From Torpedo marmorata (taxonomy: Eukaryota): a stretch of 64,000 nucleotides of DNA. This document shows positions 12,850 through 25,150 of the stretch, one piece after another. Position 1 is the first letter of the stretch; the number at the start of each line of letters is the position of its first letter. The translations under genes were made by a program, and so were the position numbers. The notes beneath the pieces are model-generated. The model was given only the letters and a program-made list of their open reading frames with translations, searched no databases and was not told the DNA's origin. The stretch covers positions 19,716,001 to 19,780,000 of the forward strand of contig OZ360248.1 of assembly GCA_977017645.1 (NCBI GenBank), given 5' to 3'.

Positions 12850-14198
12850 CCAAGAAGACTGTGGTAATCTGCTTAAATGACTAGCGACCTGTGGCACTCA
12901 CGTCCACAGTGATTAAGTGTTTTGAGAGGCTTTTGTTGAAGCATATCTGCTCCTGTCTGAGCGGCGACATGGATCCATACCAATTTGCCTATCGCAGCAA
13001 CAGGTCTACGGCAGATGCCATCTCACTGGCTCCACACAAAGCCCTGGAACTCCTGGACAGCAAAGATGCATAAATCAGGATGCTCTTTATTGATGACAGT
13101 TCAATAATCAACACTATCATCCCTTCAAAATTGATAAGCAAACTCCAAGACCTGGGTCTCAATACCCCACTGTGTAATTGGATCTTGGATTTCCTCACCT
13201 CCAGACCAGAATCAGTGAGGATTGGTAAGAACATCTCCTCCACAATCTCCATCAGCACCGGAGCACCACAGGGCTGTGTTCTTAGCCCCCTGCTCTACTC
13301 ATTTTACACCTGCGACTGTGTGGCTCGGTACAACAACAATACCATTTACAAATTCGCTGATGATACCACGGTAGTCGGCTGTATAAAAAGGGGCAATGAG
13401 TCAGCATACAGGAGGGAGATTGAAAACTTGGCTGAATGGTGCACCAACAACAACCTCGCACTCAATGTCACCAAAACCAAGGAGGTGATTGTAGATTTTA
13501 GGAAGGGATAACCAGAGGTGTACGATCCAGTGATCATTGGGGGATCAGAGGTGGAGAGGGTGAGCAAATTTAAATTCCTGGGAGTCAATATCTCAGAGGA
13601 TTTTTGCTGGACCCAATATACTAATGTCATTGTGAAGAAAGCATATCAGTGCCTCTACTTCCTCAGGAGTTTGCGGAGGTTTGGTATGACATCGGAAAAC
13701 CTTGGCAAACAGATGAGTAGTAGAAAGTGTGCTGATCAGCTGCATTGTGGTCTGGTATGGGGGCACCAATACTTCTCAGCGGAGAGCCCTGCAATAGGTA
13801 GTGGACACAGCCCAGTACATCACAGGATAAACTTTCACCATCATTAAGAAAATCTACATGGAACGCTGCCGTCGGAGAGCAGCAGCAATCATCAAGGATC
13901 CACACCACCCAACACACGCTCTGTTCTCGCTGCTACCATCAGGAAAGAGGTACAGGTGCCACAAGACTCGCGCCACCAGGTTCAGGAACAGCTGCTATCC
14001 CTCCACCATCAGACTCCTCAACGACAAACTCAATCAAGGATTCATTTAAAGACTCATACTTTGCACATTATTTATTACTGAATATTAATTCAGTACAGTT
14101 TCTTGAGTACAGTTTACAGTTACTGATAAGTAGAAATTCTGCCTGGCCCGCAGGAAAAAAGAATCTCAGGGTTGTATGTGATGTCATGTATGTACTCT
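12850..14198 (+). mobile_element. Rex1/Babar-type LINE, 5'-truncated RT, decayed
   Basis: [54 protein letters not shown], followed by the family 3' UTR. Confidence 0.9.
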
Positions 14199-14719
14199 GA
14201 GCCTGCTCTGCCATGATCTGACCATGGACTCAGCTGCACCGACTTTCCTTTTCCCATAACCCTTAATTTCCCTACTATGCAAAAATCTGTGTCTTAAATA
14301 TATTTAACCTTGTGACGTATCCCTAAAGTTCCTCATACATCTATCAAACTTTCCCTTCAATGTATCCATCGCATTTGCCTGAGTGATTCCATAACGTAGC
14401 AAGTTCAACACTTTCTCTTCTCTGGGTGAAGACGTTTCATCTGAGTTTCCCATTTAGCTTAAATTTATGTCCCTGTATTTTCAGTTCCTCCACAAGCAGA
14501 AAAACCTTCTCTCCGACTACCTGTACAAAACGCCGAGCCACAAGCATGAGTCAAGGATGCATCCTTGCTGTTTTGTGGAGCTTCATGCTATATCTGCTCA
14601 CTTGTGCCAAATGTCTGCTGATAATACATTATCCTGCACATGATACACAAAATAACTTCCAATTTCCAAAGAAAACGGGTTCATTTCCTGGAAGTTTCAT
14701 TTGATAATGACCACATGAA

Positions 14720-14755
14720 GGAAGGGAAGTGGGGTGAGAGAGGGGATAGAGAGAG

Positions 14756-14806
<51 letters not shown>

Positions 14807-15935
14807 AGGGAGAGAGAAGGGGAGAGGGGGGGGAAAGGGGGAGAAAGAGAGAGAGAGGAAGGGAGGGAAAGGGAAGAAAGAGGAGAGAGGATAGAGAAAG
14901 AGAGGTGAGAAAGGGGAGGCTAGAGATAAAAAGGTTAGAGAGAGGGAGAGCAGGAAGAGAGAGAGCAGGGAGAGGGAGGGCAGGGAGAGGGTGGGCAGGG
15001 AGAGGGAGAGAGAGGGAGAGAGATGGTAAAGATGGTAGAGAGAGAGAAAAAAAGGGTAGAGAGAGGCGGTAGAGAGAGCGTAGAGAGTAAGGGCAGAGAG
15101 AAAGGGAGGGTAAAGAGGGAGGGTAGAGAGGGAGGGTAGAAAGAGAGCATAGAGAGAGGGTAGAGAGTAGAGAGAGAGGGAGGGTAGGGAGTAGGGGGTA
15201 GAGTGAGAGTGGGTAAAGAGAGAGGGTAGATAGAGAGGGTAGAGAGCGAGGTACAGAGGGGGTAGAGAGAGGGTAGAGTGAGGGATAGAGAGAGGGTAGA
15301 TAGAGATGGTAGAGAGAGAGGTACAGAGGGGGTAGAGAGAGGGTAGAGTGAGGGGTAGAGAGGGTAGAGTGAGGGGTAGAGAGAGGGTAGAGTGAGGGGT
15401 AGAGAGAGGGTAGAGAGAGGGTAGATAGAGAGGGTAGAGAGAGGGTAGAGAGAGGGTAGATAGAGAGGGTAGAGAGAGAGGTACAGAGGGGGTAGAGAGA
15501 GGGTAGAGTGAGGGGTAGAGAGAGAGGGCAGAGAGAGGGTAGATAGAGAGGGTAGAGAGAGAGGTAGAGAGAGAGTGGGTAGAGAGAGAGTAGAGTGAGG
15601 GGTAGAGAGAGAGGGCAGAGAGAGGGTAGAGGGAGAGGGCAGAGAGAGGTACAGAGTGGGTAGAGAGAGGGTAGAGAGAGAGGTAGAGAGAGAGTGGGTA
15701 GAGCGAGAGTAGAGTGAAGGGTAGAGAGAGGGGGCAGTGAGAAAGGGTAGAGTGACAGGGCAGAGAGACAATGCAGAGAGACGGGGCAGAGAGGGGGGTA
15801 GAGAGAGAGGGTGTAGTGAAAGAGAGGGTAGAGAAAGGATAGAGAGGGTAGAGAGAGGACTAGAGAGAGAGGGGAGAAAGAGAAAGGCAGAGAGGAGTGT
15901 GTCTGTGTGTGAGAGTGAGAGAGAGAGAGGGAGAG
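14720..15935. repeat. About 1.2-kb polypurine GA-rich repeat ((GA)n, GGGTAGAGAGA units)
   Basis: Direct inspection. Confidence 0.95.
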
Positions 15936-18900
15936 AGATCGACTACATTCACTATTCTAATATTGGCAATGCTCATCAAGACAAGCCACATTTGCAGAAT
16001 GAGGGACAGCGTTCATGTTTCAGGAGCAGAACTGCTGAGTGCTTCCAACAGTTTCAGTTTTGATTTCAGATTTCCAACAGCTGCAGTGTTTTTTGATTTT
16101 CAATCAATATTCAAATGGCTTTAGTGTGTGTGAATGGCTCCCAGATTTGCAGTCACTGCACCAAGTGACGTTATGATGCTCAGAAAGGTTTCAGCAGCCA
16201 CCACCAACAGAACTACATAATATCTAAGCAGGGAATCCTGTTGCAATCCCTTCCCAAAGCGAAGGTAATAATGGTTTCTCCTTTCCATTTTTGCAAACCG
16301 ATCAAGACAATTAGCATTCATAACATAAAAATAAAGTGACTTTTATATTTGGTCTCTCTTGATCCTGTTTCTGTGCTGTTGTGCCTATTGTTATAAATTC
16401 AAACCAGCAACGACAGAAGACGCAACGCAAAAGGGTTAAAATTGAAATTTATATTTATTAAAGACAATCAAATAGATAATTTCTATTAACAATTAACCCC
16501 ACTATAAACGTCTATAACAACTATTCTTATCTAAAGTGTGTGTGTGTGTGCGTAAAGCCCAAACCATTACAGTCTGTGCCCAACCCTCAAGAAAAAAAAT
16601 AGAAAACTTTCCCCAAAACCCCCAGGTCAGTCATAAAAACAAGTCAGTCCCAAAAATACAGTCCACAAAAATCACTCTCTATGTTCAGGGTCCAAATTCA
16701 GCTCTGTGCGCTGGCACGAAGGACTTCTTAATGAACGTTGGAGAGAGAGACAATGACTGTTTAAGCTTACGAATGCTTGGTCTGCTTTCCTTCCGATGAC
16801 TTTCCCTTTTGGTAGGTGCACGAGGGTTGTTGTTCCAAATCAGTATACCACCGATGGAGGCGTGTACTTGGATCTCACAGCCAGTCTCGCTGATCTCACG
16901 CCTGTTCTCCATGAAAGTTGCTTTATATCAGGATTTTGCTGATACAAGAGGCCATGTGCTATTTTCCCCAGTCTTTCTTACTGGAATGCACAAGCCTGGT
17001 TTTGGTGTTGTTGCTTCAGCCTTTTGCAACTCCAAACTGAATGTTTTTTGCAGAGGTTTGCACCTGCTTTTGCAAAAGTGCAACAAAGTATATTTTCCAC
17101 AGCCTGTCTCTCTTTCTATGTGTCTCTCTCTCTGAGCACAGCCAGCCCTGGGCAACTTAACTCTTTCAGTACCTGGTCCCAGTGTGTACTCAAAAGACTT
17201 CATCCTTCCTGCTGACCGTCCGCAGTTCAAATGGTCAGTCATGGTCCATAACACCTCCCACCCACAAAGAAAATTTTGGTCTGCAAGAACAAAATTTTGG
17301 AAATTAATTGAGGTGTCACAATATAAACAAAACCAACAATGTTCATCCACAAACACAAAAATATGAACTATTTTCATTTATAAAGTTTAGCATCTAGAAA
17401 GACAATCAGCGATTACATTATCATTCCCTTTTATATGTGTTATCATTAAATCATATTCTTGCAAAATTAGACTCCAATTTAACAACCGTCGATTCTTATT
17501 TTTCATTTTACAAAGAAAAATCAATGGATTATGGTCAGTATACACTAGGAGTGGTTTTTGAGCTGTACAGGTATACACATCAAAGTGTTGTAGAGCCAAC
17601 ACAAGAGCTAACAATTCTTTTTCTATGGTTGAATAATTCCTTTGATGAGCATTGAACTCTTCGTTCTTCCTCTGTAACAGCACCGCACCCACAGCTTCAT
17701 CGCTTGCATCCACGGCTAAAGAAAACGGCTTTTCTAAATCAGGTGATTTAAGCACAGGTTGGTGGCATAAAATGGCTTTCAATTTGACAAATGCTTCCTG
17801 ACAACCTGTCGACCATAAAAAATGTTCTCCCTTTCTAAGCAAATTTGTGAGAGGGAGCACAAGATCTGCAAAGTTTTTACAGAACTTGCGGTTGTAGCCA
17901 ATCATTCCCAGGAATCTCTTCAGTTTTCTTACCAGTTGGAACAGGGAACTCGGAAATAGTCACAACCTTGGCCTCTACTGGTGCCAACTGCCCCTGTCCT
18001 ACTACATAACCCAGATAAATAACAGTCGCATGTCCAAACTCACTTTTACTTAAATTAACTGTGAGATTTGCTTTTGACAATCGTTTGAACAATTGTTTTA
18101 ACTCAAAGACACGCTCTTCCCAGGTGTTATTACTTACAATTAAATCATCAATGTAAGCACCTGTGTTCTTCAACCCTTGAATTACTGAATTAATCATTCT
18201 CTGAAATGTTCCTGGAGCATTCTTCATCCCAAAAGGCATAACATTATACTCATACAGCCCAAAAGGTGTTACGAATGCAGAAATCTCCCTAGCCCTTTTT
18301 GTCAAAGGAACGCACCAGTAAGTCAATTTTTGTAAGAAATTTGGCCTTCCCCACCTTGTCTATACAATCGTCTATTCTAAGAATAGGATAAGCACCTATC
18401 TTTGTCACAGCATTTACTTTCCTATAATCAATGCAAAATCTAACCGTTCCATCAGGCTTAGGCACTAAAACACAAGGGGAACTCCAATTGGAAGTAGACT
18501 TTCGAATGATACTGTTCTTTACCATGTAGTCAATTTCCTGATCTACCAGTTTGCACTTTTCCGCATTCTCTGTTGAGTGGCCTTTAAAGTCTCCTTTGCC
18601 ATCTCACAAGCTTTATGCAACCGATCCTTAAATTTGGAAACATAATCCAACAGATTTAAATGCACATCACTATTAATCCACTGTTCTTTTAATAACCTTA
18701 AAGGACCTCTCACCTCATGTCCGAAAACTAACTCGAATGGACTAAAACCAATTGATTCTTGGACAGACTCCCTCGCTGCAAATAACAACAAATGAACCCC
18801 TCACCCCAATCCTTTTCCTCCTCACAACAATAGGTTCTAATCATGTTTTTCAAAGTCGAATGGAACCTCTCCAAGGCCCCTTGACTTTCTGGATGGTACG

Positions 18901-20988
18901 CAGAGGATACAATCTGTTTAACTCCCAGTCTATCAACCACTTGTTGGAATACGCCTGACATGAAATTATTACCCTGATCTGATTGAATTTCCCTTGGCAA
19001 ACCTACCAAGGTGAAAAACGTTACCATAGCCTTTACAATGGACTTTGCTTTAATGTTTCTGAGAGGAATGGCCTCTGGAAATCTGGTGGCTGCACACATA
19101 ATTGTTAACAAATACTCATTCCCCACTTTGGTTTTGGGCAATGGGCCAACACAGTCCACAATCACTCTCGAGAAAGGCTCACTGAAAGCAGGGATAGGTT
19201 GCAAGGATGCCACCGGGGAAGCCTGATTAGGTTTACCCACCACCTGACAAGTGTGACAGGCCCGGCAAAAGCTTACAACCTCCCTTCTCAAACTGGGCAA
19301 ATAAAATTGCTTAATTATCTTCACCCCAAGGAGACCACCTAAGGGTGTGCTATGAGCCAAAGTTATTATTTCGTCCCTATATACTTTAGGGATCACAACC
19401 TGCTGCACTACTGCCCATTCTTCACTGGCAGGAACATCACATGATCTCCACTTTCTCATCAACACCCAATCTTTTTCATAATAACTCACTGGCACCTTCT
19501 AAATCTCCTTTTCAGAGAGAACCTTATCCCTCACCTCAGCAAGATCAGGATCCTCCTTTTGCCTTGCTATTAGCTCCTGTCGGGATAGTGACAAATCTGT
19601 GCCTTGAGGTGTCTTATCAGTGTATGGGTGTAACACAGGAGATTGCTCAACCTTTTCCAGGTGGTTTTGATTATCACTGACTTTTTCTTTCACCAATTTA
19701 TTTTCCACTGCCTTCTCTACAGTGACATTTTTCTTAGACATGGCCCTGGTTATGGCACATGCCGGATAAATATATCCGAGTCCTTCTCTGACTTATCAAT
19801 GACTGGCTTAGTGGTCATTTCGCACTGCAGGAACTACTTTACCCTCAGCCAAGTCATTGCCTAGCAACAGTGAGACTCCTTCTACTGGCAACTCTGATCT
19901 CACTCCTATTATAACTGGTCCTTCCACCAAGGCTGAGTTCAACACTATTTTGTGCAAAGGAATGGACTCAACATCATCCCAATTCCTTTAATTAAATTCA
20001 TTTCACCGGTGTCAGTGGCTTCACAAAATTCCAAGACACTATCTAACACAATTGACTGAGCAGCTCCAGTATCTCGCAAGATTTTCACTGGAACTTGTTT
20101 TGATCCTGCCTTAACTGAAACAAAACCATCAGTCACAAAAGGTTTAAATACATCCCTAACTTTGTCAGTAAATTTGTCTCCTTCCTGGGTGTTATGCCTC
20201 TTCTCACTCTGAATACAAGCATTAGGTGTTGCATCCTTTTCTCTCTTCTTTTTCAACACTGGACAGCTTGCTAGCATATGACCAGCCTTCCTACAGTAGT
20301 GGCAAATGGGAATCAAAGGGTTTTCCCTTTTCCACTTCCCTTCATCTCTTTCCTTAACACCACTTCCAAATTTACTTTCCACTTGCTTGGGATTATCCAC
20401 AGTGCCCTTTTGGAAAATTCTGCCTGACGTCCACTTAGGCTTGTGGGTTAAAGCATATTCATCTTTTAACTTAGCTGAATTTTGCCAAGTTTTCACCTCC
20501 TTTTCATCTCAGTATGCCTTAATATCCTCAGGAATGCACCTTTTTATCTCCTCAATTAGTATCAATTCTCTCAATTGATTGTAATCATTGTTTATAGCCT
20601 TAGATGCGCACCACCGGTCAAAACACACAACCTTTTCATAGGCAAACTCTGTGTTAAGATTGGGTTGCTGATCTTTTTAAATTTCTAAACTTCTGTCTAT
20701 AAGCCTCTGTAACTAACTCATAAGCCTGGAGTATAGCCTTTTTCACCGTTTCATAATCAGCAGCTTGCTCCGTGGTAAGAGTAGAATAAGCTTGCTGAGC
20801 TTTTCCTTTAATTATACTTTGTAACATAAGAGATCATTGGTCTTGTGGCCATTTTAATTTCACAGCCACCTTTTCAAAATGTTGGAAGTACTTATCTATT
20901 TCCACCTCCTCAAATGGAGGAACCAACCTAACTTCTCTTCTGGCCAAAATCCTCTCAACAGGACCACGAATTTGATCTTGGTGCTCTT

Positions 20989-21238
20989 TTTACAGCACCA
21001 ATAGCCTGAATACAACTGGGATTGTCTGATCTCAGAAGCTAAGCAGGCACAGGACTGGTCAGTACTTGGAGGGGAGACTGCCAAGGAACACCAGGTGCTG
21101 TAGGTTTCTGTGAGGGGCGCTGGTCAAAATAGCGACCCTTTGTCTGCCTTACGGTAGACAAAAATTAAAGAATTTCATGTATGTTACATTCTAAATGTAG
21201 TATTACGTGACAATAATGGAACCTTTACCTTTACCTTT
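20989..21238 (+). mobile_element. 5S rRNA-derived SINE (SINE3-like) inserted in the Gypsy gag
   Basis: 20989-21107 follows 5S rRNA (GTCTGATCTCAGAAGCTAAGCAGG...TGGTCAGTACTTGGAGGGGAGAC...GGAACACCAGGTGCTGTAGG), then a non-5S body and an (ACCTTT)n tail. Confidence 0.85.
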
Positions 21239-21768
21239 CTTGTCTCCTCTCATTTTCCAACTTAATCTTTTCCAGCTCATATTGGCTAATGTTCTCTCTC
21301 TAAGACTAACCTCTTTTGTTCTCTGTCTGCCTCCAAGTCTAATCTCTTTTGTTCCAATTCCCTGTCTAATGTCTTTTGTTCCAATCCCCTGTCTAATCTC
21401 TTTTGTTCCAATTCCAATTTCTTTAGTTCCAACTATATGTTCTCAGAAGGGTTACCCTTGGGAAACTGCTCTAACACGTTCTCCTCAAACTTTTTCCCTT
21501 TTATATAGTATTTGGCAATTTTTCTCCCAATCTCCGCCTTCTTCATTGATGGTTTTACAAAAGCAATGGCCAACTCTGTTGCTATAGCCACTAACTATTC
21601 CTTATTAGCCTTTTTCAAAGTATCAGGTTTGGGTGATTTCAAAAAAATTCCTACATCCATTGTTGCTGGTTTATGTTACACACACACTAGCTTTTAATTA
21701 GGTTTACAAAAGGAATGTCTTAAACCAGACTGGGATTCCTTCAATTACCAAGCTGGAGCTTGATTCAA

Positions 21769-21786
21769 TCCCGGACGAGCCCCCAA
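21769..21786 (-). promoter_or_regulatory. tRNA-Pro primer-binding site of the Gmr1-like element
   Basis: Minus strand TGGGGGCTCGTCCGGGA directly after the LTR end. Confidence 0.85.
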
Positions 21787-21891
21787 TTTGCTACAAATTC
21801 AAACCAGCAACGACAGAAGACGTAATGCAAAAGGGGTAAAATTGAAATTTATATTTATTAAAGACAATTAAATATATAATTTCTTAACAAT

Positions 21892-22544
21892 TTAAAAAAA
21901 TATATATTTTATTTAAAATTTTTAAATCACAAAATACATAAAATAGAATATAAAATTATCAAATTATTTGTGATACATTTTCACCCCCCCTCCCTCCCTT
22001 CCCTCCCCAACCCTCCCAACCCCACTAATCTAATAAAAAATAAAAATATAAAATAAAAATAGAAAAAGAAGAAGAAAAAGAAAGAAAAAGATAGAGTAAG
22101 GGGAATGCCAATCTATAAACTAATTCTATTATGGAGGTCAAGTATGCCAGTACATCCGATATCCAGAGATCTTCAAATCCTTAAACCAACAGCTTTCATA
22201 TATGGGCTCCAAATTTTTAAAAAGAAATGATATTTATTACGTAAATTATAAGTAATTTTTTCAAGTGGTATACACGAACGAAGTTCTGCATGCCATCTTT
22301 CTAATCCTAAATCTAAATCAGATTTCCAAGTAATAGCAATGCATTTCTTTGAAACAGCTAAAGCAATTCGTAAAAATTCTATTTGATACATATTTAATTT
22401 CATCTTAATACTAAATTTTCTAATATCTCCAAACAAAAATATCATAGGATCCATTGGAAATGTAATCTTAAATACTTTATCTAAGAAATTTTTAAATTTC
22501 AACCAAAAATCATAAACTTTTGGACAAAACCATGTAGAATGTAC
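21892..22544 (-). mobile_element. L1/Tx1-clade LINE 3' fragment inserted in the LTR
   Basis: ORF 22173-22502 (KKCIAITWKS...PLEKITY...F.KIWSPY); 14-bp target duplication AATTTCTTAACAAT at 21878-21891 and 22545-22558. Confidence 0.85.
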
Positions 22545-22599
22545 AATTTCTTAACAATCAACCCCACTATAAACGTCTATAATCACTATTCTTATCTAA

Positions 22600-22644
<45 letters not shown>

Positions 22645-22774
22645 AAAGCCCAGGCCATTACAGTCTGTGCCCAACCCTCAAGAAAAAAGTAGATGTTTTC
22701 ACTCCTGGGCGAGTCTCAAATGAAGGGACATAGCTACAAGAAAGGGAGCAGTCATTTAAAACTGAGGTGCATAT

Positions 22775-23638
22775 TGTTACAAACTCAAACCAGCAATGAC
22801 AGAAGACGCAATGCAAAAGGGTTAAAATTTTAATTTATATTTATTAAAGAAAATTCAATATATAACTTCTTAACGATTAACCCCACTATAAATGACTATA
22901 ACAACTACTCAGTTATCAAATACTTATCTAAAGAGTGTGTGAAAAGCCCAAACCATTACAGTCTGTGCCCAACCCTCATGTAAAAATGGAAAACCTTCCC
23001 AAAACCCCAGGTCAGTCATAAAAATAAGTCAGTCCCAAAAATACAGTCCACAAAAATCACTCTCTATATTAAGGGTCCAAATTCAGCTCCGTGCGCTGGC
23101 ACGAAGGACTTCTTAATGAAAGTTGGAGAGAGAGATAATGACTGTATAAGCTTACGAATGCTTGGTCTGCTTTCCTTCCGATGACTTTCCCTTTTGGTAG
23201 GTGCACGAGGGTTGCTGTTCCAAATCAGTATACCACCGATGGAGGCGAGTACTTGGATCTCACAGTCTGTCTCGCTGATCTCACGCCTGTTCTCCATGAA
23301 AGTTGCTTTATATCAGGATTTTGCTGATACAAGAGGCCATGTGCTATTTTCCCCAGTCTTTCTTACTGGAATGTACAAGCCTGGCTTTGGTGTTGTTGCT
23401 CTAGCCTTTTGCAATTCCAAACTGAATGCTTTTTGCAGAGGTTTGCACCTGCTTTTGCAAAAGTGCAACAAAGTATATTTTCCACAGCCTGTCTCTCTCT
23501 CTATGTGTCTCTCTCTCTGAGCACAGCCAGCCCTGGGCAACTTAACTCTTTCAGTACCCGGTCCCAGTGTGTACTCAAAAGACTTCATCCTTTCTGCTGA
23601 CCGTCTGCAGTCCAAATGGTCAGTCATGGTCCATAACA
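22775..23638 (-). mobile_element. Third, complete LTR of the Gmr1-like family
   Basis: Highly similar to 16389-17252 (parallel ORF translations); TGTTAC...ATAACA ends. Confidence 0.9.
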
Positions 23639-23644
23639 CTATCA

Positions 23645-24120
23645 TATAGTCCGGGTGCTGGACGATGGGACTAGGCGGCATAGTTCGGCACGGAATAGAT
23701 GGGCCAAAGGGCCTATTTCTGTGCTGTAGTGTTCTATGATTCTAAAGTGCTATTTGGTCAATGAAACTCTTCTGAAGTTTTCTACAGTGAATCAGGTGAA
23801 TGGTTATAGCCTTTTCCTCTAGGTCGGGGAGTCTGAAACTAGAGGGCACAGGTTCAAGGTGAGAGGGGAAGGATTTAAAGTGGTCCTGAGGAGCAACTGT
23901 TTCACACAGAAGGTGATGCATATATGGAATGAGCTGCCAGAGGGTTGAGGCAGGTACAATTACAATATTTTAAGAAAACATTTAGACAGGAACATGGATA
24001 GGAAAGGTTTAGAGGGATATGGTCCAAACACAGAAATGCTGGAGGAACTCAGCCGGTCTGGCCAAACAGGTAACGGGACTAGCCTAAGTGTACAATTTAG
24101 TTGGCATGGCCCTATGACTC
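23645..24120 (+). mobile_element. CR1 3' fragments
   Basis: TRGHRFKVRG.GFK...F.QKV..IWNELP motif; TTCTATGATTCTA tail. Confidence 0.7.
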
Positions 24121-24494
24121 TGACGCAGGAAGCATAGCAAGTAATTTCCACACGGCCAGTTTGCATAAACAGTAAGATGATAATGACCAGAACATGTGTT
24201 TTTGTGAGGGATAAACATTGGCAGGACAACAGTGAGAACCTCTGAGTGAAGAAACTCTGGCCAACTGCTAATCTACAGACTGCACCGCGAAGCACTAGAT
24301 TCACTCTGCTAAGGACACCTAGCCTGTCGATTCCCCTCTGAACCCACGTCTCAATGAATTCAAGTGTCACTTCTCTAAACTCTGATGAGTGTAAGTCAAT
24401 CCTTCCTCTTCCAATAATATCTATTGGATCGATGAAGCCCAGAGGAAATTTGTATTTAAACCTGCCACTGTGACTGGGCCAGTTAACTCACCAT

Positions 24495-25150
24495 CTCGGG
24501 TTGCCAATGGTTTGGACTGGACTCTGTGTGGCAGCCACACAGAGTTCAGTCCAAACCATTGGCAACCCGAGCTCTAGATCCGAACCTCTGACGCGGTCAG
24601 GACCTCTTCAGCGCCCTCGGCACCCCCTCGCATCCCGGTTCCGATACCTGGTACCCCTCCAGTCAGTTTCGAGCCAGTCTCCAGCAGTCCGCAGTCCGCT
24701 TGAGCCCTTCATCAAGGTCTCTTTATCTTTATTATCATGTATCTTTATCTGTGCTCTATAAAGGACACTGTTTGACCTGCTGAGTTTCTCCAGCATTGTG
24801 TTTTTACTTTAATCACGGTGTCTGCAGACTTTCATGTTTTATTCCTGTCTACTGCAAAACTCTGAGAAATCTCTTCCAGGGATGCCTACCCTGGAGAAGT
24901 TCTCCTTTGCTCTCCGAAGGGAGTTCTGTGGGAACCTCTCTCACTGCTCCCCATCTGTAATCCCTGCTGGTCTCTCAAGCTTTATGACCATGTATTCACT
25001 CGGACATACCACGATGAAGGGCTCAAGCCCGAAACATTGGTTATGTACCTTTATCTTTGCTACATAAAGTACGCTGTTTGACCTGCCGAGTTTCTCCAGC
25101 ATTGTGTTTTTACTTCAATCACGGTGTCTGCAGAATTTCATGTTTTACTC
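24495..25150. mobile_element. Composite: fold-back fragment of the 48-kb non-autonomous element plus tandem Penelope terminal repeats
   Basis: 24495-24700 matches ~48205-48360; 24718-24845 and 25010-25150 match the Penelope tail. Confidence 0.6.

Larger units (their letters stand above)
16389..22690 (-). mobile_element. Gmr1-like Ty3/Gypsy LTR retrotransposon (gag-PR-IN-RT-RH order), decayed; 3' LTR 16389-17252, 5' LTR partial from 21789
   Basis: Minus-strand order: CHYCRKAGHMLASC knuckle, protease ILRDTGA (19945-20496), integrase VDCVGPLP/QSDQG/YHPESQGALER (18728-19495), RT SPCVLVPKPDG/MPFGMKNAPGTFQ/YIDD (17877-18525), RNaseH AVDASD/YTDHNPL/ADCLSR (17387-17905). TG...CA LTRs; purine-rich PPT beside 17252. 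Confidence 0.9.

Noticed and set aside
14935-15771. 278-aa Ser/Leu/Pro ORF, and His/Thr ORFs at 11668-12081
   Set aside because: Translations of simple repeats.
20989-21107. Functional 5S rRNA gene
   Set aside because: Many substitutions, single copy inside a gag, fused to a SINE body and tail.
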